A stretch of 64,000 bases of DNA. Source: Squalus acanthias (lineage: Eukaryota). The stretch is from assembly GCA_030390025.1 (NCBI GenBank), contig CM059425.1, positions 163,744,001 through 163,808,000 of the forward strand. The letters are read 5' to 3'. Every line of letters starts with the position of its first letter. The stretch's first letter is position 1. This document shows positions 49,583 through 62,697 of this stretch, piece by piece. A program made the translations under genes and the position numbers. The notes below the pieces were generated by a model. That model was not told where the DNA came from and searched no databases. It worked only from the letters and a program-made list of their open reading frames with translations.

Positions 49583-50627
49583 TCTTACAAATGTACCAAT
49601 AAACTTTTTCTCCAATACCACGCAACAGTGAGGAAAAGGAGGAGGAAGAGGACAAAGATGATTTGGAATCCTCAACTTAAATCTTCAAATCTATATTCTA
49701 TTCAGAAATAATTGCCAGCCATCTGTTTTGTGAATAATCTTTCTTCATTGAAAAACTAAGATGAAAGTCAAGGCGCAGAGAGCAAGACATCACCAAAGTT
49801 GAAAACAGTATAAGCGAAAATAAGGTATATCAGAAAGTAGCAATTGGAGATGTTAAGCTTGTGTTTTAAAAGCCCGTCGATTGTAGGATCCAGGAAAGAA
49901 TGGATGTTCCATAATTTTGAGTCTTGAGTTAGAATGAATTAGAGTAGCAGACAATGTGATGGGTTTTGATTTCAACACAGTGAGAATGTAGGGAAGAGGA
50001 AAAGTATGTCGAACAGTATATTTGCAGTTTGGAGAAGTCAGAGGAATATCAATAAAATTGAAATGGAGGCATTGTGACACAGAGAGAGATTGGAGGTTAC
50101 AGGTGAGAAACACATTGCTTATCTTACAACAAACTTTTTTGTATCCTTTTCAAGAGTGCAAGGCAGGTGTTAGAAGGGCCTCTTATATATGACAGTGATA
50201 TTCTAGTCTTAGACAGATGTGGGCTTTATAAAGATTTGGGAATTGTTGAGGAGAAAAGAAGTGTTTGTTTTGAAAGGGGAAGCCAAGCTTCTTCAAGGCA
50301 GTTTTGACAATGGAAGAGATGTAGGAACCACATTTGAGAGCAAAGGCTCTGAATGTCTATAAATGAAGTAAAGCTAGGAGCAGAGACATCAAAGGTATGA
50401 ATTATAGCTGATTACTTAGTCCATTATTTTAAGAGCTGTTAACCCATTTATTTTACTTTCTGCATTACAATAGTTGATGAAGTATTTTCATATGTTAAAC
50501 ATTCATATGCTAATATTGCACAGAATAACCTCTTAGGCTTGTATCTTTGAGGAACTAAAGAAGCAAATTATCATGTCCTCATTGAACAGTATGGAGATCA
50601 AGATGCAATGATTTTGTTATTGCACTG

Positions 50628-51420
50628 CAACAACAACAACAACTTGTATTTATATAGCGTCTTTAACGTAATAAAATGTCCCAAGGCGCTTCACAGGAGT
50701 GTTATAAAACAAAATTTGACACCGAGCCACATAAGGAGATATTAGGGCAGATGACCAAAAGCTTGGTCAAAGAGGTAGGTTTTAAAGAGCGTCTTAAAGG
50801 AGCATAGAGAGGCGGAGAGGTTTAGGGAGGGAATTCCGGAGCTTAGGGCCTTGGCAACTGAAGGCATGACCACCAATGGTTCAACGATTAAAATCGGGGA
50901 TGATCAAGAGGCCAGAATTGGAGGAGCGTAAATATCTCAGAGGGTTGTGGGGCTGGAGGAGATTACAGAGATAGGGAGGGGCGATGGAGGGATTTGAAAA
51001 CAAGGATGAGAATTTTAAAATCGAGGCGTTGCTTAACCAGGAACCAATGTAGGTCATCGAGCACAGGGGTGATGGGTGAACAGGACTTGGTGCGAGTTAG
51101 GACACGGGCAGCAGAGTTTTGGATGACCTCAAGTTTACGGCGGGTAGAATGTGGGAGGCCAGCCAGGAGTGCGTTGGAATAGTCAAGTCTAGAGGTAACA
51201 AACGCATGGATGAGGGTTTCAGCAGCAGATGAGCTGAGGCAGTGGTGGAGTTGGGTGATGTTCCGATGGTGGAAATAGGCAGTCTTGATGATGGTGTGGA
51301 TATGTGGTTGGAAGCTCATTTCGGGGTCAAATATGACACCAAGATTGCGAACAGTTTGATTCAGCCTCAGACAGATGTTAGGGAGACGGATGGAGTCAGT
51401 GGCTAGGGAACGGAGTTTGA
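50628..51420 (-). mobile_element. L2-clade 3' part
   Basis: (CAA)n tail; RNLGVIFDPEMSF..AFVTSRLDYSNALLAGLP in ORF 50963..51730. Confidence 0.9.
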
Positions 51421-52736
51421 GCAAGTGGACTGGCAATTGTGAGCACAGTGTGCGATTTAAAGGAAGCTGATGAATGTAGAATGGAATCATTAACAAGAGT
51501 GAACAAGTTGGTATGATGAAAGAAAAGAATAGGAAAGCTGACAGAGGCCTAGGAAATTTCTGCATCAATGAAAAAAGAGTCCAGGATGTGCAATCAACTA
51601 CAGGATTTGTGAGGAAACTAGATAGTGACAAACATAATTTTGGTGCAAGTTTGTGTAGAAGCAGCACATAAAGAAAAGTTTTTTTTACCAATGCTATCAA
51701 AATTATAATTGAAGAAAAAAATTGAGTCATGTATCTCTAAAAGACCTAGCATGTATAATATACCATCAACAATAATAGCACAACTTGCATTTTTATATAG
51801 TATTTCACATAGAAAACCATCTTTGAGTGCTTTATAAAAGGGCAAGGAAACAAGAAGGGTTAAGTGGAAGGGAAAGTGAAAGCATTATTGAAGGGATAAG
51901 TTTTTAAGAGCGTTTGAAGGGAAAGAGATAGAAAAGTGCGGAGGATGGGTTGGAGTTAGTGAAGAGCAGGGAAGTAAAAGGGAGGGTGATAGAGGCAATA
52001 GTGGCTGAGAAAATGACTTTGATTTTGAAGGTCCATGAGCTCTCATCTTTTATCATCAGGACCAAAGAGGCATGTAAAAGAGGAGAAAAAGAAGCTATGA
52101 GGGACAGCTTTGGCAAGGGATCAGAAGGAATTGCTGCTGGAGAAGCAGAAAGCAGCAGTTAACACTTTTTTTCGAGGTGAAGGATAGATATTTTTAGCCA
52201 CAGGAGATCAAAATTAGCTGACCCAAGGAAGCTAAGGATATCAGGAGAAACATCATAATGAACATGGTACATATACACCCTTCAGATCGGAATTAGGAGT
52301 AGAAACTGCACATGGGTAATTGATAAGAAGAGTCGGAAAGAGATCAAATGTGGGTTTCAGTGAGATGTGCATTTTAGGTTGTCCTTACATGTTGCTTCAA
52401 AATGCTGATGGAGAGAAGCAAAAGCTAGGATAAGGGGCTCTCTCTGCTGTAACATGAGAGAGATGGTGAGCAGATCCTATGTGATGTGTCCTATCGGTGG
52501 CCTCAGTCTTACCTTTCTGACTTTCAGCAGTTGATGAAGCAGAGTTTGAAATATGGCTAATGGGTCCAGTTACCTGAAGATGCGATGTTAATCTTGACCA
52601 TGGTATTCTTCAACAGGGACAGAGTCCTAACACCTTAAGCAGCAATGGAGCAAGGGGAAGAAAGCAAGTGGGAAATTGTATGGAGGACAAAAGAACTAAA
52701 AGAGGAATGGAATAGCGAAAAAAAAATCAAGAGTAA

Positions 52737-52935
52737 TTAAAACCTAGAAATTACTGTTGCCAATATTAGTGCACAAAAACTTAATGCATGCTATGCCATT
52801 CCTTTGTCAGCTGTTTTAGCTGAGGTGTTATTCCATTTCTAATTAACAGCTTAATGGCTACAGCAAAGGAATTAAATACAAAGACCTGAAGTGTTTAGCT
52901 GCTAATATTGGCAACAGTAATTTCTGGATTTTTAA
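52737..52935. repeat. ~200-bp palindromic (fold-back) element
   Basis: 24-bp perfect inverted arms AGAAATTACTGTTGCCAATATTAG plus inner imperfect arms ATTCCTTTG..AGCTG / CAGCT..CAAAGGAAT. Confidence 0.8.
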
Positions 52936-53367
52936 ATGAGATGGGAAAGGGGGAAAAGAGAAAGAGAGAGAGAGATAGAGCGACAGAGGAAAAAAAGTTT
53001 GGTAACCATTCCAGTACATGGAGTAATGTCTGTGAAAGATGATGATGGTACTACTCTCAACAACCTACCACACTGGACCTAAGTCTAGGCTCCAAAGGTT
53101 GAAGTCACTCTACTTGAACCTATTGTTGCTTCTAAAGTTTCTGTTTCTTTGTAAACCTCCGAAGCTCTACTAACATGATCAAAAAAATATATAATTATAA
53201 TGATTTTATGTATTTCTGTACTTTCATGAATTGTTGAAATCATTGAGGTCAGGGATGTTAGTGATGGGAAACCTTTTTACTTTTTGCAGCCATTAAGTAA
53301 CGCTAGGTCAGTTATCCCTATACACTACTACAACAGCTTGCCCAAACCACAACCTCAGAATAGTACT

Positions 53368-53498
53368 ATAGCAAAATACTGCAGATGCTGGAAATCTGAA
53401 ATAACAACAGAAAATGCTGGAAACACTCAGCCGGCCAGGTAGCATCTGTGGAGAGAGAAACAGAGTTAACGTTTCAGGTCTGTGACCCTTCATCAGAA
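53368..53498 (-). mobile_element. Solo Penelope terminal-repeat unit with hammerhead (core 53464-53498)
   Basis: Minus strand TT CTGATGA AGGGTC ACA GACCT GAAAC GTT AACT; TCAGAATAGTACT duplicated at 53355-53367 and 53493-53505. Confidence 0.82.
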
Positions 53499-53714
53499 TA
53501 GTACTCCCTGCTTCGCCAGTGTGATTTTTTCCATTTTCCCACACCTTGTAAAATCTTTATTTTTAAGCATTTTTATTTTAGTTTTTCACTACTGACTACT
53601 TCTTCATTGTATACCTTTGTGCTTTCTCATGTGGGCCTTCAATTTTGGACCCTTCCCATTCTAAAGACGCCATAATGGATTTTCCATTAGAATACCTCTT
53701 TATGACCACCACTG

Positions 53715-55095
53715 TTTCTAATTTATATCAATGACTTGGATCCAAATACTCAATGCAAATTGGTCAAATTTGTAAACAATACCAAACTAGAAGGGGCAGT
53801 TGGATCAAAAGAGGCAGCCCAGAAATGCCAGATTATAATTATAGATTACAACTGTAAAGTACAATGCATAGGAAGGGAAAATGGGTGACACGCATTAATG
53901 TTGTTGAAATGTCAAGGGATGAAGTTGAAAGAGAACTAAGGGGGAGAAATTCAGTATCGCCCTGTTTGGGGGCGGTAACTTTTGAAAGCTGGGAAACTTA
54001 GCGCCAGGCACTAATGATTCCCAGCTTTAAAAGCACTCCAGGAAGGAAGTGGAACACTAAATCAAGCGCTCCACTTAATTCCTGGAGTACAACAGGCAGC
54101 AGGCGGGGCAGTAGGTGAGCAGCTCTGCACACTGGGCCGTGCAGCGCTGCCGCGTTGGAAGGCTCCTTCCCTCCCTTAAAGGGAAGGGCCATCGCTGCAG
54201 GCTCTGCAAGAGGAAAACTTACCTGGTCCCCGACGGCAGCCGCGATCCGGCCCGATCAGCCTGATGCACTGCAGCAGAATGCCGGGCTGATCGATCGCTG
54301 GCAAAGACAAGGGGAAAAAAAGGGAAAGAGCATTTCAGAATTCTTTTCACTTACCTCGGCCACCTCGCCTTTCAGTATCGCCCCCGAAGTGCCCGGCCTC
54401 CCGATGAACGCCTCCTGCAGCTGCCGGTGTTTTCGCCCAGCGATGCTGCCGGGGGCGGAACCGAAGTTCGGGTCTAGTGCGCTACCGGGGCGATGCTCAA
54501 CATGTCCAACTCATGCAGAGCAGCAATCAACAAAGCCGATAGAATGTTAAACTGCAAAAGGCAAAACAGTAGAATAAAAGTCAGGAAGTTGTGATCAAAC
54601 TGTACAATGCTCTGGTCAGAGTGCGCCTTAAGTATTCTGTCTAGTTCTGAATACTGAGACACAAGCACTGGAGGCAGTGCAGAGAAGAGCCACAAGGCTG
54701 AACCCTACTGTCCAAGCATCTGAGTTATGAGGGAAGACTGAAAGATTTGGGCTGGAAAGGAGGCATCTAAGAGATGATCTGAGAGAAGTATATAAGATAG
54801 CTAAGAGAATGGAATCTGGAATACTACTTTAAATTCAATTCTGGGAGTAGGACATAGGGACACAGATTCAAACTAGTAAAAGGTAATTTTACCACTGATA
54901 TCAGGAAGTTCTTCACTCAGACAGTGGGTAATTCTTGGAATGGATTTCCAGATAGGGTAGTGGAGGCAAAAACCCTGGGATAATTTAAGATAGAACCTGA
55001 TGCAGCAGTGGGAGGGTGGTGGGGGGAACTGTAAGATCTTTATGGATGGATGAATTAAGATAGGCCAAATGGCCTTCCTCATCTGTACGTATCTA
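53715..55095 (+). mobile_element. Old CR1 3' remnant interrupted by a one-ended MITE
   Basis: IYINDLD..KF..TKLEG, LYNALVR and IRKFFTQ.V..SWN-like remnants. Confidence 0.65.
53940..54500. mobile_element. Harbinger-type MITE, second end not found
   Basis: Starts GGGGGAGAAATTCAGTATCGCCC, identical to the start of 21401. Confidence 0.75.
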
Positions 55096-55399
55096 ATGAT
55101 TTTTTTTGGAGGAAGAGGAGTAGGAATAGAGAGTGTTCAGACTAATCAGGCACCACATGAGATCTATGGCACCCGCCATTGCCAATACAACAACAACTTA
55201 TATTTATATAGCACCTTTAGCGTAGTAAAACCTCCCAAGACGCTTCACAGGAGAGTTATCAAACCCTCTCTGAACATATAGACAAAACATCTGCCTCCAC
55301 ATGACCCAGGATCAGTGTTTGTAGAGATTGTGCTTCAGTTGGGAGGCTATCAATGAATTATACCACACGTTATTAGCTTATCTACAGCCCACATTCATC

Positions 55400-56120
55400 A
55401 TAGGGACTGCAATGCTAGCAGCTGTGAAGGTTGCCACTGCCAATGTGCTCCTGTAGGAGCACTAAAAAAAATGTAATGGATCTTCCTCTTTGGCTCTTGC
55501 TGGTTCTCAATTTTTATACTACCAGATCATTCCAGACAGCCTTCAGGGACATCGGCAATATTACTAATCAGCTGTGCACAGATGCATCAAGCAAGTTACA
55601 GAGTAACAGTATTCCCCAAAATACAAGGAGTCATACACCAAGAATTTCCTCGGGGATTCTCCCGCTCCACCTATAAATAGGGTTTCCCCTGAACTTCCAC
55701 TGATTATCGACGGTGGAGAGGGAGAAACCACGAGCACATTCCTGGCAAAATATTCCACCCACATGGCAAAACATGCTCCCTTTGGCAATCCCTTCAATTA
55801 CGGTAATCGGAATGGTTTACAGTTTCTCAATGCCCAGCTTGTTTGTGACCAGCAGCACTATATCATGCAAGTAAATACTCCCTTTCCTAACAGTGACTTC
55901 ATTTTAAGGCCGTTCACCATGCCTGCATTCTTTCAACTGGTAAGGCAAGTCTCTGGGTGGCTCCTGGGAGATCAGGGCTACTTTCAACAGCCTTGGCTGA
56001 TGATATCTGTGCGCTTTCCTGGGACACAGTAAAATAAGATCCATTGTGCTACCAGAGTTGTCATTGTGCACACAATTGGAATTTTGAAGGCACACTTCAG
56101 GTGCCTGGATCAATCTGGGA
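55400..56120 (+). pseudogene. Harbinger (HARBI1-like, DDE_Tnp_4) transposase remnant, interrupted by a small MITE (~55638-55746)
   Basis: NRNG.QFLNAQLVCD..IMQVN..FP..DFILR..GWLLGDQGY..PWLM, then TRVVI..TIGILK.HFRCLDQSG; frameshifts and stops. Confidence 0.8.
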
Positions 56121-56121
56121 T

Positions 56122-56650
56122 CACAGAATCATCGAATTTTACATTGTAGGAAGAGGCCATTCAGTCTGCTGTACGTATGTCAGGTCTTTGAAAGAGCTAT
56201 TCATTTAATCAATTCCCCTGCACATTCCGATACCCTTTTAAGTTTTTTTTCTTTTGAAATATCTATCCACTTCCCTTTGTTGATTCTGGTTCTGGTATGG
56301 CATTTCATATCTTAACAACCATTTGCATTAAAAATAAATTCCCCATACCTATCCATTTATTCTTTTGGTGATGATAATATAATGCTCTGCAATATAGGGT
56401 TAGGGTGTCAAAAATAGCAATGGGGCCTGCTGCACAACTCTTGTATTTCCTCATACCAAACAGCATCATAGTGAATCTATGCTGTACCCTCTCTAAAGCC
56501 ACAATATCCTTCCTATAGTGTAGAGCCTAATACAGCACACAATACTCTAATTGAGTTCTTATAAAGGTTTTATATAAGCTCAATCATTACCTCTTGTTTT
56601 TTACCTCTTGTGATAAAATCTAGAATTTTATTTGTTTTTTTATAGCCTGA
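56122..56650 (-). mobile_element. Old CR1 3' remnant
   Basis: ALERVQHRFTMML.GM motif and CR1-like tail at ~56125-56160. Confidence 0.6.
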
Positions 56651-57449
56651 AGTGCGGCAAAATTATTGGTCAATGTAAAATTCTATAGTGTATTCACATA
56701 TCCACTAGGCTTGAAAAATGGGAGGCCGACAATTGAAAATCGGGAGGAGGGGGAACCTCGGCACACCATTAACCCCAAAGCCCGCCTGATGCAATTTTCA
56801 AGCTCACCTATAAATGGGCCAGCAGCCAACCTATATGTTTCTGGGAAAAGCTGCTCAAATATACAAATCGGGGTCATTCGCCAGTTGTAGGATCCCGATT
56901 GCAACCTGCAGGTACGCTCGCTCCATTGGTACCAGGCATCGGGTTGCCTAACCAGCAGTCCTTAAAAGGACCATTGGAGGCCGCTAAAGAAACGGCCAAC
57001 GGCATTTCTAATTTTAATTTGATGCGGGCGGCACAGCTGCTCTGCCAATTTCGCACCCATTTCGGCTGGAAGGTGAAGATCAGACACTCCTGTATTCTCC
57101 GGCATGGGAGATCTGATAGTTTTATGTAATTTCTCAGCTATCTGGGTGTTATAAAACAGCTTGAGTAAGTGGCAACAATTCAAGAATACACTAAGTACAT
57201 ATAAGTAGATATCTCCAAACGCAACATTGCAGCCATAAAATGTAGCATCATGTACATTCAAAAATAATAGTTAAACTATTGTTTCATTGAATTGAATATT
57301 GGTTTTGTGTCATTACAAAATACCTCAGTTCATAAAGATTACCAATTGTGATCAATCAGAGCACTAGATTGCAGTACTCAGGATACCTCATACCACAATT
57401 TTTTGTTTTACATGGCTGTCCCATGAGAAATGATCTGATTAGCACTTAG

Positions 57450-57930
57450 AGTAGAGAGGAGCGGGAGAAGCGGCGCTGTAAAGAGCACGAGAGCAGCAGC
57501 GAGAGGAGCGGGAGCAGTGGGAGCAGCGACGCTGTAAAGAGCGTGAGAGGAGCAGCGAGAGGAGTGGCGAGAGGAGCGGGAGCAGCGGCGCTGTAAAGAG
57601 CACGAGAGGAGCGGCGAGAGGAGTGGCGAGAGGAGCGGGAGCAGCGGCGCTGTAAAGAGCACGAGAGGAGCGGCGAGAGGAGTGGCGAGAGGAGCGGGAG
57701 CAGCGGCGCTGTAAAGAGCGCGAGAGGAGTGGCGAGAGGAGTGGCGAGAGGAGCGGGAGCAGCGGCGCTGTAAAGAGCGTGAGAGGAGCGGCGAGAGGAG
57801 TGGCGAGAGGAGCGGGAGCAGCGGCGCTGTAAAGAGTGCGAGAGGAGCAGCGAGAGCAGCAGCGAGGGGAGCGGCGAGAGGAGTAGCGAGAGGAGCGGGA
57901 GCAGTGGCGCTATAAAGAGCGTGAGAGGAA
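57450..57930 (+). repeat. About eight tandem 59-bp GC-rich monomers at the 5' end of CR1 copy I
   Basis: Unit GAGAGGAGCGGCGAGAGGAGTGGCGAGAGGAGCGGGAGCAGCGGCGCTGTAAAGAGCAC; 59-nt period in the central copies. Confidence 0.95.
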
Positions 57931-59097
57931 GTGGAGGCAGTGGACCTGGGTGAGACCAGAGCGGGAGCAGCGAAAGAGGCAGCAACTCAACACAGGCAGA
58001 ATTCGAAAGAGTGACGTCAGAGTAGAAAAAGTGATGTTGGCACAAGGGAAGGAGCTGATTGGTGAGTAGCTGGTGAGTTTTTTTTAAAGTTTTAAGTTTA
58101 TTTCTGCTAAGTTAGTTCTTAGTCTAATAAATAGAGGCATGACGAGGCAGCTCAGTCCCGTGGAGTGCACATCCTGTGCCATGTGGGATGTCCTGGACGT
58201 TTCGCATAGCCTGGACAACCAAATGTACAGGAAGTGTCACCAGCTACAGCTTCGTGTTTCAGAGCTTGAGCGGCAGCTGGAGTCACTGCGGTGCATCCGC
58301 GAGGCTGAGAGTTATGTGGATGGCACGTTTCTGGAGGTGGTCACCCCGCAGCTTAAGAGTATTCAGGCAGAGAGGGAATGGGTGACTGTCAGACAGAAGA
58401 GGAGGTCCAGGCAGGTAGTGCAGGAGTTCCCAGAGTGCATCTCGTTCTCCAACCAGTATTCTGGGGAGTGCAGCCAGAGACAAGTCCAAGGCACCACTGG
58501 TGGCTCAGCTGCGCAGGTGGGGAGGAAAAGGAGTGGAAGAGCAATAGTGGTAGGGGATTCGATAGTTAGGGGAGCAGACAGGCGTTTCTGCGGCCGCAGA
58601 TGTGACTCCAGGATGGTATGTTACCTCCCTGGTGCCAGGGTCAAGGATGTCACTGAGTGGCTGCAGGACACTCTGAGGGGGGAGGGTGAACAGCCAGAGG
58701 TCGTTGTCCATATCAGTACCAATGACACAGGCAGAAAGAGGGATGAGGTCCTGCAGGCAAAGTTTAGGGAGGGAGGGCTTTAGATTCTTGAGGCATTGGG
58801 ACCATTTCTGGGGAAGGTGGGACCTGTACAAGCCGGACAGGTTACACCTCAACAGAGCCGGGACCAACATTCTCGCGGGGAGGTTTACTAGTGCTGTTGG
58901 GGAGGGTTTAAACTAGCTTGGCAGGGGGATGGGCACCAGCATATAGGAGTAGAAAAGAGGAATAAGGTGCATGAAAGAGTGAGTGTGTTGGATATTACTA
59001 GAGAAGAAAGTAGTACTAGAGACGGAAGTAGTACCATATTAGATAGGAGCAGACTAAGAAAGACTACGAAAAATTCAAAAATGGGTTTAGAGAGCAT

Positions 59098-59990
59098 GGG
59101 GGAAAAATTCAGTTGGTTGCGTCTCCCGTTAGCGCCTTAAGAGGGCGCTAATGGGGCGCAAAGCATCTAGCGCCCAGGCGCGGCGAAGTTTGCGCCGCTC
59201 GCGAAATTAACTAGACATTTTGCGGCGGCGCTAAACACTACCGCCACGATCTCCTGCGCCGGCAGATCATGACGTCACTCGAGTGCACAACGCCCCGGTA
59301 TCGCCCCGGAGCGGATATTGAGTGGCGCCCCCTGCCTTACCGCCTGACACTAGCAACGACAGGTTGAGGGGAGCGTTCTGCAGTCATGAAGGGAAAGGGG
59401 GAGCGCTATTTAAAGGTGTCCGCTTCCTGCCTTTTATTGTTGGTGCCATTTTTGAACTACGCATTCTGAGAGAGAGAGGGAGAGACTTCTGGAGAGATTC
59501 AACGTTGTGTGAAGGAGTTTTGGGTACTGAGCAGCACTTTGCAGGTTCATTTTGATTTGCCATTCCTTGTATCGATTTAGCAGAGACTGTGGGGGCTGAA
59601 CTCTGAGCTCTTTGCCTGGTACTCTCCATTGTTCTTTCCAGCACATTTGATGTGCAGGTCTCTCCAGGCTGAGATTCAAGGCTGCAATGAGCAGGATGTG
59701 GATGGAAAGCAAGATTAACCATCCCCTTTAAGAACTGGCCCGTGCCATTGTGTGTGTGTTCCATTGCTGACTGACATTACATGAGCTTCGCCAGCGCTCT
59801 GAGGTAGCGCCTCGCTCCTCGGCATTTGCGCCTTAAGACAGGTGTGAAGCGCCTGATATAGCGCAGCAATCACCTCCAGGGGCGATAAAAGTCAAGTTTG
59901 CAGTCGGTGGCGATAATTAGCGCCAGGCGCTAATCTTTGCGCCCAGCCGATAATTGCGCCCCAAATGGGGCGATACTGAATTTCTCCCCC
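59098..59990. mobile_element. Harbinger-type MITE (893 bp) inserted at the start of the CR1 APE domain
   Basis: TIR GGGGGAAAAATTCAGT / ACTGAATTTCTCCCCC, TSD CAT. Confidence 0.93.
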
Positions 59991-62697
59991 CATGTATGTA
60001 AACGCACAAAGTGTGGTGAATAAGGTTGGTGAGCTACAAGCACAATTAGCCGTGTGGCAATATGCTGTTGTGGCAATAACGGAAATGTGGCTTAAAAACG
60101 GTGAGGACTGGCACTTAATATTCAAGAGTACAAGGTGTTCAGAAAAGATAGGAAAGGAAAAAAGGGAGGTGGGGTGGCAGTGCTGATTAAGGAAGACATT
60201 GTAGTGTTGGAAAGGGAGGATGTTCTTGAGGGGACAAGGACAGAATCTATTTGGTTAGAGTTGGGGAGCAAAAAGGGAATCATCACGCTATTGGGGGTAT
60301 TCTATAGGCCTGCAAATAGTGAGAGGGAGGTAGTGGAGAAAATCTGCAGGGAAATCGCAGAGATATGCAAGAGCTATAGAGTGGTGATATTGGGGGACTT
60401 TAATTACCCAAGTATCGATTGAGATAAAGCTAGGGTAAAGGGAAAGGAGGGGGAGGAATTTCTGAAATGTGTTCAGGAGAATTTCCTTGACCAATATGTT
60501 CTTGGCCCAACTAGGAAGGAGGCATTGCTGGATCTGGTGCTGGGGAATGAGGCGGGCCAGATCGACCAAGTGTCTGTGGGAGAACACTTGGGTACGAGTG
60601 ATCATCGTATCATAAGATTTAGATTCGCAATGGAGAGGAGTAAGGAACAATCTAGAGTGGAACTTCTAGACTGCAATAGGGTTAACATCAATGGGATGCG
60701 AAAGGATCTAGCCAGGGTAAAATGGAACCAAAGACTGACAGGGAAAACTGTAACGGAACAATTGGTGATCTTTAAGGAGGAGATGTTCCAAGTCTAGGCT
60801 AGGTACATTCCAACAAGAGGGAAGGGTAAGGGAACCAAAGCAAGGGTTCCTTGGATGACGAGGGAGATAGAGAAGATGATGAAACAAAAAAAGAGTGTGT
60901 ATGATGAATGTCAGGTGAATTCTTCAAGGGAGAACCAGACCAAATACAGTAAGTTGAGAGGGGAAGTGAAGATGAAAATAAGATTGGCAAAGAGAGAATA
61001 TGAGAGTAGAATGGCGGTTAACATAAAAGGGAACCCAAAAATCTTCTACTGGCATGTTAACAGTAAGAGGGTAGTAAGAGGTGGGGTGGGGCCTATCAGC
61101 GACAAAGAAGGTGTTATATGCTTAGAGGCGCAGGGCAAGGCTACAATACTCAATGAGTACTTTGTATCGGTGTTTACTAAGGAGGTGGATGCTGACAAAA
61201 TATCGGTAGCAGTGGAAAAGGTAGAAGCAATGGAAGTGGTGAAAATTGATAGACAGGATGTACTAGAAAGCCTGGGTATGCTTAGAGTGGATAAGTCGCC
61301 TGGTCCAGATGGCTTGCATCCCAGATTGTTAAGGGAATTGGGGGAGGAGATAACGGAAGGGCTTGCCATAATTTTCCAATCTTCCCTAGATGCGGGGGAG
61401 GTGCCTGAGGATAGGAAATTGGCAAATGTGACACTATTGTTCAAGAAAGGATGTAAGGACAATCCTAGTAACTACAGGCTGGTCAGTTTAACATCAGTGG
61501 TGGGTAAAGTTTTAGAAACAATAATCAAGGAAAAAATTAAGGGGCACTTGGAGAGGTTTAAGCTAATTAAGGAGTGCCAACACGGATTTGTAAAAGGCAG
61601 ATCATGTTTGACTAATCTAATTGAATTTTTTGATGAAGTAACAGGGAGGATCGATGAAGGGAATGCAATGGATGTTGTCTACATGGATTTTAGGAAGGCA
61701 TTTGACAAAGTACCACATAGAAGGTTGATTAACAAAATTGAGGCTCATGGAATAGGTGGGTCAGTGGCAGCTTGGATAAGGAATTGGCTCAAGGACAGAA
61801 AACAGCGAGTTGTGGTAAATGGCTGTTTATCAGACTGGAGGATGGTAGACAGTGGTGTTCTGCAAGGGTCAGTGCTGGGGCCACTGCTTTTTTTGATATA
61901 TATAAATGACCTGGATATTGGAATAAAAAGTAGAATTTCTAAATTTGCCGATGACACCAAACTTAGGGTGTGGCAAACAGTGATGATGATACCAATCGAC
62001 TGCAACAGGACATAGAAAGGCTAGCAGAATGGGCAGACAAGTGACAGATGGAATTTAATACAGAGAAGTGTAAGGTGATGCATTTTGGCAGAAGGAACAG
62101 GGAGAGGCAATATACACTTAATGGCACAGTTTTAAAGAGTGTGCAGGGACAGAGGGACCTGGGAGTTAATGTGCATAGGTCCCTGAAGGTGGCAGGATAT
62201 ATTGAGAGAGTGGTTAGCAAAGCATATGGGATCTTGGGTTTCATAAATAGAGGTATTGAGTACAAAAGTAGAGAAGTTATGCTGAACATTTATAAAGCGC
62301 TGGTTAGGCCACAACTGGAGCATTGCATCCAGTTCTGGTCACCACACTTTAGGAAGGATGTGAAGGCACTTGAGAGGGTGCAGAGGAGATTTACCAGAAT
62401 GGTTCCGGGGATGGGGGATCTTAGCTACAAGGACAGGTTGGAGAAGCTGGATTTGTTTTCATTAGAGCAAAGGAGGTTGCGGGGTGATTTGATAGAGGTG
62501 TACAAGATTATGACGGGTTTGGATAGGCTAGACAGGGAAAGGCTGTTCCCACTAGTTGATGGTACAAGGACTAGGGGACACAGATTTAAGGTTTTGGGCA
62601 AGAGATACAGGGGGATGTGAGGAAAAACTTTTTTACGCAGCGTGTGTAGAGGACCTGGAATTCGCTGCTGACGGAAGTGGTGGAAGCGGAGACATTC

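Noticed and set aside
55400..56120. Host HARBI1 gene
   Set aside because: Multiple stops, frameshifts and a MITE insertion; this is a dead transposase copy.
57446..58045. 199-aa minus-strand ORF and repeat array as a gene or CRISPR array
   Set aside because: Low-complexity translation of the 59-bp tandem monomers. No unique spacers, no cas genes, eukaryotic context.
29184..62323. Numerous antisense ORFs over CR1 copies
   Set aside because: Shadow frames of LINE coding sequence with no independent coding signal.
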